Below are positions 16,952-26,579 of a DNA stretch of 53,029 bases, one piece after another. The stretch's first letter is position 1. Each line of letters opens with the position of its first letter. The stretch spans positions 1 through 53,029 of the IMG/VR virus record IMGVR_UViG_3300008267_000477. The stretch is one strand, 5' to 3'. Position numbers and translations under genes: made by a program. The notes beneath the pieces are model-generated. The model saw only the letters and a list, made by a program, of their open reading frames with translations, did no database searches and had not been told where the DNA came from. This DNA comes from a virus. Lineage: Duplodnaviria; Caudoviricetes.

Positions 16952-17494
16952 ATGATAAAACTAAAATCCCTACTACCAGAAGCCTTTGCTGACACTTACG
17001 AAAAGAATAAGTGGATCCAACTACCTAAGGATGTTGTGAAGACTTATGCTGATGAAATGATCGATCTTATTGTTAGCGCCTACACTGCTAAGGGAGGAAA
17101 CTTTGAATTTAAGAACGCTGACGATATAAAAAAATCCGATCTAGATTTCTGGATTGCCAATGATATTGATGCCGATCCTGAGATGGATGCTGTAATTGGC
17201 GGAAAGAGAACTCCAGCCGGTACCAAGATGACTGTTTTTGGTCAAGATGGTAGCAGCGCGGCTAAGCGAGTTGGTATGACTAAAATGACCGACTACATGA
17301 AAGAGCGAGGCTTTTATGCTGAAGTTGATATTGATTTAGCTGCTAAGTTAGGAGTTGATTACATAAAGGATGAGGCTTTGATTCGCAAGGTACTCAACAA
17401 AGATATTAAGATGAATGCCGATGGAAGTTACAATAGAAAACTTACTGATGGTCCAGTAAAGACTAAAGTATTGATTGGTATTCCAAAGGTGTAA
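16952..17494 (+). CDS. Tagged conserved phage protein
   Basis: MIKLKSLLPE start at 16952 (track start 16934); AY..KGG and GQDGS motifs. Confidence 0.75.
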   Translation: MIKLKSLLPEAFADTYEKNKWIQLPKDVVKTYADEMIDLIVSAYTAKGGNFEFKNADDIKKSDLDFWIANDIDADPEMDAVIGGKRTPAGTKMTVFGQDGSSAAKRVGMTKMTDYMKERGFYAEVDIDLAAKLGVDYIKDEALIRKVLNKDIKMNADGSYNRKLTDGPVKTKVLIGIPKV

Positions 17495-17496
17495 GG

Positions 17497-17569
17497 CACG
17501 GCTTAGGACCGTATGGCTATGGCCATTAAACCACTTCAAGTGTCGCTACCTGGAGTGGTTTTCTTTTTT
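17497..17569 (+). terminator. Three-hairpin 3' element ending in a terminator
   Basis: ACGG-CTTAGGA-CCGT, ATGGC-TATG-GCCAT, AAACCACTTCA-loop-TGGAGTGGTTT, then TCTTTTTT. Confidence 0.65.
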
Positions 17570-17578
17570 AAGAACACC

Positions 17579-17586
17579 TATTTATA
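17579..17586 (+). promoter_or_regulatory. Late-type TATTTATA motif
   Basis: 4 nt upstream of ATG 17591. Confidence 0.55.
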
Positions 17587-17590
17587 GGTA

Positions 17591-18382
17591 ATGGAAGTAA
17601 GAGGATATATTCGCCCTGAGTCTTGTTTTGCTACAATATCTCAATGGGAAGACATAGCACGTTTGTTTCTTTTATTGCAAAAGAAAGGTGTTGATACTCG
17701 TAGTGGAATTTTAGATTCTGACCCTAAATTAGCAGCACTTGTGATGCGTTGGTTTGGTCATCAGCTGTTTGTAGAAACTCAGCTATTTGATCAGCTTACT
17801 CAGAAAAATGTACTAGACTTTGTAGAAGATTTTGTTAACCACCGAGTGTGGGGTTTAAGAAGAGAGTTTGGTACTTACTTCTACAAGGATGGTGAAGATG
17901 GTAGCTTTCTGGAAGATGTAAAAATCGCGTACTTTTATTCGAGAGGTGACATAGAGCCTTATGTGTTATTAGACGATGACTTTGTAATGGCTGTGTACGG
18001 TTCAACGACACATAAGGTGCAGACAAAGCACTGGACGACCGAGCAGGGATTGAAAAATCTATCTGACTCGATCGAGAATAATCATACGTTCGCAATAAGC
18101 ACTTTTACTAAACAATGGAAACCATTTTTCAGAAAAGAAAGTAATGTGCTTCTTTTGTTAGAAGGTAATTTGCGAGCTGCGTTTCGAAGTGATGTCAAGT
18201 CTCTAGCAACAGATAGAGGGAATCGAGCTGTAAATATGTATAGACTTGCTTACCCTGAAGGAGGTAGTAATTTGTGTATGAAATTAGACACGCTCGACAT
18301 TGGTGGTGCTACTTCTTTGTGGAATGAGTTTATCATAAAGCCAACTGCGATTCTAAAAGCAAAAACAATACCGAAACACTAA
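17591..18382 (+). CDS. Hypothetical protein
   Basis: 263-aa ORF with its own TATTTATA motif. Confidence 0.8.
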   Translation: MEVRGYIRPESCFATISQWEDIARLFLLLQKKGVDTRSGILDSDPKLAALVMRWFGHQLFVETQLFDQLTQKNVLDFVEDFVNHRVWGLRREFGTYFYKDGEDGSFLEDVKIAYFYSRGDIEPYVLLDDDFVMAVYGSTTHKVQTKHWTTEQGLKNLSDSIENNHTFAISTFTKQWKPFFRKESNVLLLLEGNLRAAFRSDVKSLATDRGNRAVNMYRLAYPEGGSNLCMKLDTLDIGGATSLWNEFIIKPTAILKAKTIPKH

Positions 18383-18391
18383 ACCCTGTCC

Positions 18392-18399
18392 TATTTATA
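18392..18399 (+). promoter_or_regulatory. Late-type TATTTATA motif (lysis cassette)
   Basis: Upstream of ATG 18413. Confidence 0.6.
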
Positions 18400-18412
18400 T
18401 TAAACAAAGGTT

Positions 18413-18622
18413 ATGACATTACCAAAGCCTTTACTAAAAATGAAAAAGAACTACTACAGCCCGACTCCAGCTAAGTGGAGGAAGTTGGGTGATGCCTTAC
18501 TAGGAGTAAGCACTACAATCACCGGTTTCGCTATTTATGAAGAAGCTAAGTGGGTAGCTATTGCAGCTCTATTATCGGGTGTTGTAGGTAAGTTCCTTAC
18601 TAACCTTTTTTCAGAAGATTAA
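18413..18622 (+). CDS. Putative holin (two TM segments)
   Basis: PTPAKWRKLGD plus two hydrophobic segments; adjacent to the amidase. Confidence 0.6.
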   Translation: MTLPKPLLKMKKNYYSPTPAKWRKLGDALLGVSTTITGFAIYEEAKWVAIAALLSGVVGKFLTNLFSED

Positions 18623-18624
18623 TT

Positions 18625-19302
18625 ATGAGCTTAGATCTAACAAAGATTAAACAAGTTCCGTTACGCGAAACTCAGTTTATTAAAGAGGAAACAAAAAAGA
18701 AGCAAGTCGTATTACATCATACTGCAGGTAACTCTTCAGCTCCTGGTACGATTAAGATGTGGGATGCAGATGATCGAGGTCGTATTGCTACCTGCATTGT
18801 TATATCAGGAAAGGGATTGTCTAAGGACACTTTTGATGGTGAAATCTGCCAAGCATTCTCTTCTAAGTTTTGGGGCTATCACTTAGGTATTAAACCAGAC
18901 GTATTCAAGTCGCGAGGTATTGCTTATCAAAGTTTAGATAAGATTTCAATAGGAATTGAAATTTGCAACTGGGGACCTTTAACTAAGAAGGGAGATAAGT
19001 TTTACAACTATGTTGATAGAGAGGTTGCGTTGGATCAAGTTTGCACTCTTGCAACACCATACAAAGGTTACACACACTATCATGCATATACAGATGCTCA
19101 GATCGAATCCGTTAGACAGCTTCTTCTCTACTGGAAGGGTGTTCACGGAATCGACTTAACATACAGAGAACAGGATATGTGGTCAGTTTCGGACCGAGCG
19201 TTGAAAGGTGAGAATGGATTATTTACTCACAACTCTTATCGTAGGGATAAGTCTGACATTTCACCTCAACCGAAGATGATTGCAATGTTAAAAAATCTAT
19301 AA
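18625..19302 (+). CDS. N-acetylmuramoyl-L-alanine amidase (Amidase_2), probable endolysin
   Basis: VLHHTAG, SIGIEICN, YTDAQ, TH...DKSD Zn-amidase pattern. Confidence 0.88.
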   Translation: MSLDLTKIKQVPLRETQFIKEETKKKQVVLHHTAGNSSAPGTIKMWDADDRGRIATCIVISGKGLSKDTFDGEICQAFSSKFWGYHLGIKPDVFKSRGIAYQSLDKISIGIEICNWGPLTKKGDKFYNYVDREVALDQVCTLATPYKGYTHYHAYTDAQIESVRQLLLYWKGVHGIDLTYREQDMWSVSDRALKGENGLFTHNSYRRDKSDISPQPKMIAMLKNL

Positions 19303-19321
19303 ACCATAAAAACAAAAAACC

Positions 19322-19489
19322 ATGAACAAAGAAAAAGTATTAGGTATTGTTCGTCACGTTTTGACTTTTGGAGGTGGTATCTTAATTGCTAAAGGTATTA
19401 TCGACGAGTCGACTGCGAGCGAAATCATTGGTGGAGTTATCACTCTAGTTGGTGCTATCTGGTCAGTCGTTGCTAAAAACAAAGCATGA
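19322..19489 (+). CDS. Putative second holin (55 aa, two TM segments)
   Basis: Translated by hand: MNKEKVLGIVRHVLTFGGGILIAKG...IWSVVAKNKA; ATGA overlap with the next gene. Confidence 0.7.
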   Translation: MNKEKVLGIVRHVLTFGGGILIAKGIIDESTASEIIGGVITLVGAIWSVVAKNKA

Positions 19490-19902
19490 ATCTAAAACAC
19501 CTTTTGATAGAAGTTGAGACAAAATGTCCTGCAGCAACGCAGGACATTAATCTCAATTTAGATAATCGTCAAAAGGCTATCGACAAGTATCACTACGGTC
19601 CTGCCAATCCAGATCATCCAGAAAATTACTGGAAGGATGCTGCTAAAAGGTGGAACGTATCTGAAGCGACTGCTAAAACTATGAAGTGTGCGAACTGCGC
19701 AGCTTTTGATGTTTCAGATAAGATGTGGGCTTGTATGGAAAAAGGTATTCTTGGAAAAGAGAAGAATGTTGATGCAATGGCTACTATAGAAAAAGCCGAC
19801 TTAGGTTATTGTAATTTTTTACACTTTAAATGTGCAGGTTCAAGAAGTTGTGCTGCATGGGTTACTGGTGGATCTATTGATGATAAAGATCGTACGAAAT
19901 AA
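19486..19902 (+). CDS. Cys-rich metal-binding protein with tag (HiPIP-like Cys spacing)
   Basis: MNLKHLLIE; CANCAAF...GYCNFLHFKC..SRSCAAW. Confidence 0.7.
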   Translation: MNLKHLLIEVETKCPAATQDINLNLDNRQKAIDKYHYGPANPDHPENYWKDAAKRWNVSEATAKTMKCANCAAFDVSDKMWACMEKGILGKEKNVDAMATIEKADLGYCNFLHFKCAGSRSCAAWVTGGSIDDKDRTK

Positions 19903-19914
19903 ACATCTCGTACA

Positions 19915-19921
19915 TATTTAT
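19915..19921 (+). promoter_or_regulatory. Late-type TATTTAT motif (tail fibre genes)
   Basis: Upstream of ATG 19936. Confidence 0.6.
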
Positions 19922-19935
19922 TAGAAAAACAATCA

Positions 19936-21756
19936 ATGGCAAAAATTGACAGAACCGGTATAGCATTCGGTCAAGTAATTGAATCGCAACACGTATTGAA
20001 TATCGTTGACGCTCTTGACGGTACAGCTGCAACTGAATTGGTTGTTAGTGGTACTCTTAGTTTGAGTGGTTCTGTTTATCTTAATACGGCTTCTTTAAAC
20101 CAAAGTGCAGTATCAGCTGTACTAACTTTAGATACAGCATCCGGACAAATTAGCTTTACATCTTCTGCTGAGTTTGGTGTTTTAGGCGTTCCGACGGACA
20201 CTAACTATACTGATGGATTTTTTGATACCTTCACATCTACTACAAAAATATCAGATGCAATTGATGAAATTAGCGAAGCATTCTTAGATTTAGCACCACC
20301 CAAAGCTCCAGTATTAACTAACTCAGTACTGACTAGAACTAACCCAGCAATCTTTTCTGGAAGATTAGCAGGTGGATTAAACTCTGCAGACTGGTATGTT
20401 GGAACAAGTGCGTACAGTACAATCACAACTTTAACAGATTTAACAAACGCAACTCTTACTTCCATTGGGTTTAGAGCTGGAAAGAATTCTAACATAACCG
20501 CAAGTTTAGAAGGTGGCGTGACTGCTAGTAGGTCAATAGGATCTAGTGCTTATTCCATTATTGGAGTTCGAGATCTAGCTAGTGGTAATGGTACAGTTGG
20601 AGCCCTTACATTAGCTAATGTTAGCAAATACAACACATTCTGGGCGCAGGTTACTGCTTCTATTAATGCAGTACTCACGGCAACTGGATCTACCAGATAT
20701 ACGGTAGCGGCCGATAATGGTGCTGGGACGAGTAATGCATTTCAGTTGTTTTACGTAGGTGCAGATCCTTCTACAGACTTTCCAAATCAAACAGTAACAA
20801 CTCCTACTTCTCAGACTAGTTCGGTATCGTTAAAGTATTTGAGTGGAATACCGTACATTAATACTGCTACCTTTGCAATTGCATTTACCGGTAGTAATCT
20901 ATTCAACCCGGTATACAATACTGATCAAATATCCTTTTCATCTACTTATTTTTCAACTCTCAATACTGGAAGTAATTCTCCCCAGTCTAGCGATACATTG
21001 AGGTTAGATGTAACAAGGACGCTACTGGCAAATCAATCTTCTGGAATAACTAATCCAGACGCTCTTATTACTGCGACCAAACCTGGAAAGACAAACGCAA
21101 CAAGCACATTCACGCTAGCGACTCGTAGAGTTAATTCGTGGGGTACAGTTGATACGCAAGGCAACTCTCAAATCGCATTTTTCCTAGACGAAGACTACAG
21201 AATGTCCGACTTGCAGGACTCAAGTTTGACTTGGTTAGAGTCTAGCGCTCTAACTAATGGTAATCTTCAAGTAATGAATGGTAGGTTGATTGTTGGAGAG
21301 TATGGAGACTATCCTGCACTAACACAAGGTGGATCTGCTGGCGGATATGCAAACTATTTCAGAAGATCTGACCCTGCTTCAGATAACCGTCAGAATGGAT
21401 CCATAACACTTACTCGAGTTGCAAACGCCTTTGGTGCTTCAAGTCCAATAGCTGCATGGGGTAGTGGTGCTGGAGAACTTGAAATGGCTTTAGTATTGTC
21501 GAGTGATATTACGGGTCCAAGTTCAGCCAATGCTATCTACGATTTAGGTAGAGCTGTTGGTAGCGACTCTGGAGCTATTAAGGGTATTAGAAACACAATA
21601 ACAACAAACAACACTACAACTTACGCTGTAACTTGGGCACTACCTTCTGGTATTACTACTGGATTAGCTGCTTCAACTCATGTTGTATTGTGGGTTAGGT
21701 ATAACAACTGTGAGTCTGCCGACTACTTAACACAAATTAGCTTAATTTATTCATAA
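19936..21756 (+). CDS. Virion structural protein (tail/fibre associated)
   Basis: 606 aa, S/T/G/A-rich beta-type composition; next to the fibre gene. Confidence 0.65.
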   Translation: MAKIDRTGIAFGQVIESQHVLNIVDALDGTAATELVVSGTLSLSGSVYLNTASLNQSAVSAVLTLDTASGQISFTSSAEFGVLGVPTDTNYTDGFFDTFTSTTKISDAIDEISEAFLDLAPPKAPVLTNSVLTRTNPAIFSGRLAGGLNSADWYVGTSAYSTITTLTDLTNATLTSIGFRAGKNSNITASLEGGVTASRSIGSSAYSIIGVRDLASGNGTVGALTLANVSKYNTFWAQVTASINAVLTATGSTRYTVAADNGAGTSNAFQLFYVGADPSTDFPNQTVTTPTSQTSSVSLKYLSGIPYINTATFAIAFTGSNLFNPVYNTDQISFSSTYFSTLNTGSNSPQSSDTLRLDVTRTLLANQSSGITNPDALITATKPGKTNATSTFTLATRRVNSWGTVDTQGNSQIAFFLDEDYRMSDLQDSSLTWLESSALTNGNLQVMNGRLIVGEYGDYPALTQGGSAGGYANYFRRSDPASDNRQNGSITLTRVANAFGASSPIAAWGSGAGELEMALVLSSDITGPSSANAIYDLGRAVGSDSGAIKGIRNTITTNNTTTYAVTWALPSGITTGLAASTHVVLWVRYNNCESADYLTQISLIYS

Positions 21757-21765
21757 AACTAAATC

Positions 21766-24700
21766 ATGGCAATAAACAAGACAGACCTATCGTATAAGAA
21801 ACTTATTAACAAAGAGTTTACCGAAGATAGTCGTGAATTTTTTCAAGAGTCGACAGTTTCTACTTTTGATATAAACTCCCAAGAGGTTTATACTAGCATT
21901 ATCACATCTAATACTGCTAGCATGGTTACAGATGGAATAGCTAAGCAATTCACTCAGTTTATACTTACGCCCGATCCTACCTACCCAACAAACGCTTGGT
22001 ATTTTATTTCTGGTTCAGGATTTACACCGGGGGTTGGTACGTATGTAGGGAATACGGATAAGATTCAAAGAAATTTTATCAGCGATAAGTATGGTGCAAA
22101 TTACGAGATAAGATTATTTGATAATGCTGGTTCTCAGATATTCAAGACAGATGCTATTAACTGGTATTTCGATTACAAAACTGGAATACTTCACGTAGCC
22201 GATCCGGGTGCCTACTCGACGCCATACAAAGTATCCGTACTGCAGTATAGTGGTGTTAACCTTAGTGGATCTTTGGCATCTATAAGTTCTTCGATTGGAA
22301 TCTTGACAGGGTCATTAACAGCTTTATCTTCTTCTGTATCCTCAGGAGCTGGTAGTAAGTGGACTGGTAGTAATCCAATATCGAGGCAGAGTGACGTAGT
22401 GATTACTGGATCTCTCACTATCACCAATGATTTGACTGTTATAGGTTCAGCATCAATCACCTTTATTTCACAGTCAACACTTAATATAGGTACAAACATA
22501 GTAAATGTAAGTACATTCTCTCCGTCTGTAAGATTTGGCGGTCTAACAGTCGCTGACTCTGGATCATCACCTGCGACTTCTGGATCATTCTTATATGATT
22601 CTCAGCAAGATGAGTTTATATTTGTACATAAAGGTGCTTCGGCAACAGTAACCTCTTCTGTGTTTTTGTTAGGTCCTGAGACGTATAACAGTGTTGGTAG
22701 TGAAACTTATTTGACTCAAAATCGTATTCCAAAAGGAGTTGGTAATGAACATCTGAATGACAGTAGTATTTCAGATAACGGAAGTGTTGTATCCATTAAC
22801 AGTAGTACTGAGGTTACAGGTTCATTAAATGTTACTCAAGGAGTAACTGGTTCGTTGTTTGGAACTTCTTCGTGGGCAGTATCTGCTTCTCGAGCTGTTA
22901 CTGCAGCTAGTGCTGTGTCGGCATCATTCGCACCTAACTTTAGCAATACCAATCTAACCTTTTCGGGTAATCGGAATCACAACACGAACAAATTCAATGT
23001 TGAAATTAAAACATCTGCAACTGGATTTGATCAGTTTGATGGATACTTCGTCTTGCAGCCTAGTAGCTCTAGGTATGGCGTAAACAACGCTGGTTATATT
23101 CAGTTTGTAGGAATTACTCCTGGATCTCCTTATATGCAACTTGGCACCTCATTTGCCGCTGTTTTGTTTGATCAAAATGATAATTTGAATTTTCCTATAA
23201 CTCCAAACACTGGGTCAATTAAAATTCAAACCGGAAGGGTAAAAATAACAGGATCACTCAATGTTAGTAATGGAATTACTGGTTCATTATTTGGAACAGC
23301 TTCTCACGTCAACCTAGCAGCAGGTCCGTCCATTACGATAAACAAAGTTGGTAATACTTTTGAAATAAGTGGATCATCAACAGCCGTTGCTGCTGGTGCT
23401 GATAAGCAAATACAATTTAATAGCGCTAGCGCTTTTGCTGGTACAGCTTCTTTTGTGTTTAATTATCAATCTCAAAGTTTACAGGTAGGATTTAATAACG
23501 TGGCTTCTGGAGTCTATTCAACAGTAATAGCAGGAGGTAATAGTCGGGCAAAGGGACCAGGTGATCTTGCTCATGGTACTGGAGTTGTAGCTTGGAGTGA
23601 TAGAGATAATCCAGGCAATGAGGAAGGAGCTCATGCTCAAGGTGGTTTCACACTAGCTGTAGGTAATTATGCTCACGCAGAAGGTTGGTATACTACCGCT
23701 TCGTTTCAATCAGCTCACTCAGAAGGAGAGCAAACCCTTGCTGGTGGTCAGGGATCTCATGCTGAGGGTAATACTACAACTGCTTTGGGTGATTATTCTC
23801 ACACCGAAGGACTTCTAACCAGAACAGATGTTGGAACTAGTGCATGTCACGCTGAAGGTTATCTTAGTACAGCTTCCGCAGACTACTCTCATGCTGAGGG
23901 CGGATATTCACTTGGAGTTCAATCTTTTAAAGGAGGTCACACTACTGCAGCAGGTTCTCACGCCGAAGGCTTAGTAACTCAGACTGCTGGTTTGGGATCT
24001 CATGCTGAAGGAGAAAACACTTTAGCATCAGCCCGAGCATCTCACGCGGAAGGTTATTTTACTACTGCTTCTAGCGGTGGTACCCATGCTCATGTTGAAG
24101 GAAATAATACAATTGCAATCTCACCATACCAGCACGTGCAAGGTACCTTTAATATAGGAATATCTGGAAGCGGTGCATTTATTCACGGAAATGGTACTTC
24201 TACTGCAGCTAGACGGAATCTAATATATGCCTCCGGCTCTCAGATGCAAGTCACAGGTTCGTTAGTCATATCGGGATCTATTACTGGTTCAGCTAGAGTG
24301 ATTAACAATCTTACCGCGTCATATGCAATGACGGCATCATACTACGCTGGAACTGTTCAAGATTTTGGATCAGAACCAATCTCAGTAGTAGCTGCTACGA
24401 CAGTTGGACTTTCTGCAGTATATAGTAACGGCTCATCGGGTATTGGTGCTTCATTATCTGGTTCATCAAACGGCCTTTTGCCTACTATCGATGGTATAAC
24501 ACTTACTACTGCAGACAATGTCTTAATAAAAGATCAAACACCTGCATTGCAGAATGGGGTATACGATGTTGTGAGTGTTGGTTCGGGGGCGACTCGTTGG
24601 ATATTATCAAGATCACTAGCTGCTAATGAGACAGCAGAGTTTGATCCTCAAATTGTCATACCTGCTCAAGGAACTACTCAAGCTGGTTTAATTTATGCAC

Positions 24701-25452
24701 AAACGACAGATAATCCAACCATCGGAACTAGTCAAATAGTTTATACTCCAACAACAACAAACCAGAACGTAACTCAAGTAACAACTGGAACTCAAGCACT
24801 TTACCAAATTCCATGGTGGACTGGTACTACAAGACAATTGTCAAGAGGAGTTTCTAATTTAACTTTTGATAGTGCTAATAACGCATTTAGGTTGTCTGGA
24901 AGTTTGTTAGTTTCTGGTAGTACTGCACAGAATGCAACACTAAGAGCTGGAACTGTATCGCTTTTAGGGAATGTAGCTTTGTCTGGTAGTACTCACACTA
25001 TTACTGGTGCTACTACTGTTAACGGAGCTACAACAATGTTTGCATCAGCTTCTACCGTCACTATTTCGGGTAGCACTGTTGTGGTACAAAGAGAGCGTAT
25101 AAGAAACACAACACTCACAACTACAAACGCTACTCGTACAGATGCACTAACCTTCATTATGGCTCCAGATGATTGTAGTACGTTTGAGATCTATGTAACT
25201 GCAAATAGCGGTTCTAGCACTGATCATACCGCTCTAGGTGGTAGGTTGTTTGCAGTTGCAAAATACAATTTATCTGCTGCAGCTCCCTCAATAATGGGTG
25301 TAGAGTCAAGCAGCTACGATGATGGTTTCTGGCTTGGTCTTCCACCAAAGTTCGGATTCCGCGCAATAAACCTCTCCACAAACGTAGCTTTCTGGGTATC
25401 TGGATCAGCTAACGAAACTATAAGCTGGAATGTGGTATCTAAATGGGTGTAG
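21766..25452 (+). CDS. Tail fibre protein with YadA-head-like repeats
   Basis: 1228 aa; repeated ITGSL/VTGSL, SHAEG repeats, VLIKDQT..QNGVY fibre motif. Confidence 0.8.
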   Translation: MAINKTDLSYKKLINKEFTEDSREFFQESTVSTFDINSQEVYTSIITSNTASMVTDGIAKQFTQFILTPDPTYPTNAWYFISGSGFTPGVGTYVGNTDKIQRNFISDKYGANYEIRLFDNAGSQIFKTDAINWYFDYKTGILHVADPGAYSTPYKVSVLQYSGVNLSGSLASISSSIGILTGSLTALSSSVSSGAGSKWTGSNPISRQSDVVITGSLTITNDLTVIGSASITFISQSTLNIGTNIVNVSTFSPSVRFGGLTVADSGSSPATSGSFLYDSQQDEFIFVHKGASATVTSSVFLLGPETYNSVGSETYLTQNRIPKGVGNEHLNDSSISDNGSVVSINSSTEVTGSLNVTQGVTGSLFGTSSWAVSASRAVTAASAVSASFAPNFSNTNLTFSGNRNHNTNKFNVEIKTSATGFDQFDGYFVLQPSSSRYGVNNAGYIQFVGITPGSPYMQLGTSFAAVLFDQNDNLNFPITPNTGSIKIQTGRVKITGSLNVSNGITGSLFGTASHVNLAAGPSITINKVGNTFEISGSSTAVAAGADKQIQFNSASAFAGTASFVFNYQSQSLQVGFNNVASGVYSTVIAGGNSRAKGPGDLAHGTGVVAWSDRDNPGNEEGAHAQGGFTLAVGNYAHAEGWYTTASFQSAHSEGEQTLAGGQGSHAEGNTTTALGDYSHTEGLLTRTDVGTSACHAEGYLSTASADYSHAEGGYSLGVQSFKGGHTTAAGSHAEGLVTQTAGLGSHAEGENTLASARASHAEGYFTTASSGGTHAHVEGNNTIAISPYQHVQGTFNIGISGSGAFIHGNGTSTAARRNLIYASGSQMQVTGSLVISGSITGSARVINNLTASYAMTASYYAGTVQDFGSEPISVVAATTVGLSAVYSNGSSGIGASLSGSSNGLLPTIDGITLTTADNVLIKDQTPALQNGVYDVVSVGSGATRWILSRSLAANETAEFDPQIVIPAQGTTQAGLIYAQTTDNPTIGTSQIVYTPTTTNQNVTQVTTGTQALYQIPWWTGTTRQLSRGVSNLTFDSANNAFRLSGSLLVSGSTAQNATLRAGTVSLLGNVALSGSTHTITGATTVNGATTMFASASTVTISGSTVVVQRERIRNTTLTTTNATRTDALTFIMAPDDCSTFEIYVTANSGSSTDHTALGGRLFAVAKYNLSAAAPSIMGVESSSYDDGFWLGLPPKFGFRAINLSTNVAFWVSGSANETISWNVVSKWV
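23569..24195 (+). repeat. Coding tandem repeats (roughly 14-aa (S/A)HAEG units)
   Basis: AHAEG, AHSEG, SHAEG, SHTEG, CHAEG and AHVEG recur in the translation. Confidence 0.85.
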
Positions 25453-25489
25453 TATTTTGTAGTTAGGGTTTTATTTTGTATATTAGGTT

Positions 25490-26014
25490 ATGATTACAAC
25501 AGAAGCACAAGTATTATTCAGTCCGTGGGACATAGAAGAACGCGTTTTAGATATCGCTGAGAATCTTAACTTTATTTACGAAGACAATGCCGATGATGTG
25601 TTGTTTTGTCCAATCCTCCAAGGTGCAGTTCCTTTCTTTGCTGATATTTGCAAAGGAATAACATTTGCCCCAGCTGTAGATTACATTGGTATTTCGTCTT
25701 ACGAAGGACACACTCAAAAGGAGTTTAATGTCTATAAGATGCCGAATGCAAAGTTAGCTGAAGGTAAAATTGTATGGCTCTTTGATGATATCGCTGATAG
25801 TGGAAAGACATTAGAATTTCTAAAAGGAATCTTAATGCAGTATGGAGCAAAGGAAGTACACACATGCACTCTTCTCAAAAAGAAATCCTGCCCTATTGAA
25901 ATTGATTATCATGGTTTTGAAGTAGAGGATGATCAGTGGGTGTGGGGTTATGGAATGGATTTAGATAATTCAGTAGGTCGAACAGAATCAGCCATCTTCA
26001 GTGTTACCAAATAA
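25490..26014 (+). CDS. hpt: Hypoxanthine phosphoribosyltransferase
   Basis: ILQGAVPFFAD, ISSY, PRPP loop LFDDIADSGKTL, LLKK, WVWGYGMD. Confidence 0.9.
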   Translation: MITTEAQVLFSPWDIEERVLDIAENLNFIYEDNADDVLFCPILQGAVPFFADICKGITFAPAVDYIGISSYEGHTQKEFNVYKMPNAKLAEGKIVWLFDDIADSGKTLEFLKGILMQYGAKEVHTCTLLKKKSCPIEIDYHGFEVEDDQWVWGYGMDLDNSVGRTESAIFSVTK

Positions 26015-26354
26015 CAGACGCATGTTAATCTTACTAGGACTTTCCTTATTTGTTGTAGCTCAATCTACGGCATGGTTTCAAGTGAATGGTCAGTTTTTTT
26101 CAGAGTGGTGTAAAACTCACCCTTTCACCATGTCGCTGCTAGGCGTACCTATAGGTCTCGCATTTATGTATGGTACAAATTACCTCTACTTGGGAATGAA
26201 TGGTAAGGTTTGGCCAGCCCGTGTATTAACATTTGCAGTAGGGATAGTTGTCTTTATTGCTTGTACAAATTGGTTTCTTGGTGAAAGTTTAACCTGGAAA
26301 ACAGTTATTAGTTTAGTTCTCACTTTTGTTATTATTTTAATTCAAACACTATGA
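26001..26354 (+). CDS. Four-TM membrane protein (SMR/DMT-like)
   Basis: Four hydrophobic segments and FLGESLTWK; exact start uncertain. Confidence 0.6.
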   Translation: MLPNNRRMLILLGLSLFVVAQSTAWFQVNGQFFSEWCKTHPFTMSLLGVPIGLAFMYGTNYLYLGMNGKVWPARVLTFAVGIVVFIACTNWFLGESLTWKTVISLVLTFVIILIQTL

Positions 26355-26545
26355 CAGTTTCTTTTTACATGGAGATAGACGATCTCTATCAACTCGATTC
26401 TTATTTAGAAAACTACGATGAGGAAGAAGAAAATCCTACCTTGTATTATTCAAATACACCTTCATCACCTACAACACTACTTGTAACGATTGACTTCTAT
26501 CAGTTTAATGAACTTATCGATTTAGAATTACTACAATTATTTTGA
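26351..26545 (+). CDS. Small acidic hypothetical protein
   Basis: ORF track; ATGA overlap. Confidence 0.65.
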   Translation: MTVSFYMEIDDLYQLDSYLENYDEEEENPTLYYSNTPSSPTTLLVTIDFYQFNELIDLELLQLF

Positions 26546-26579
26546 TTTATCCTAAAAAAGGGGTATACTTATCTTATAT

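Noticed and set aside
21766-25452. Diversity-generating retroelement target or invertible fibre cassette
   Set aside because: No reverse transcriptase, recombinase or near-identical template repeat is seen in the window
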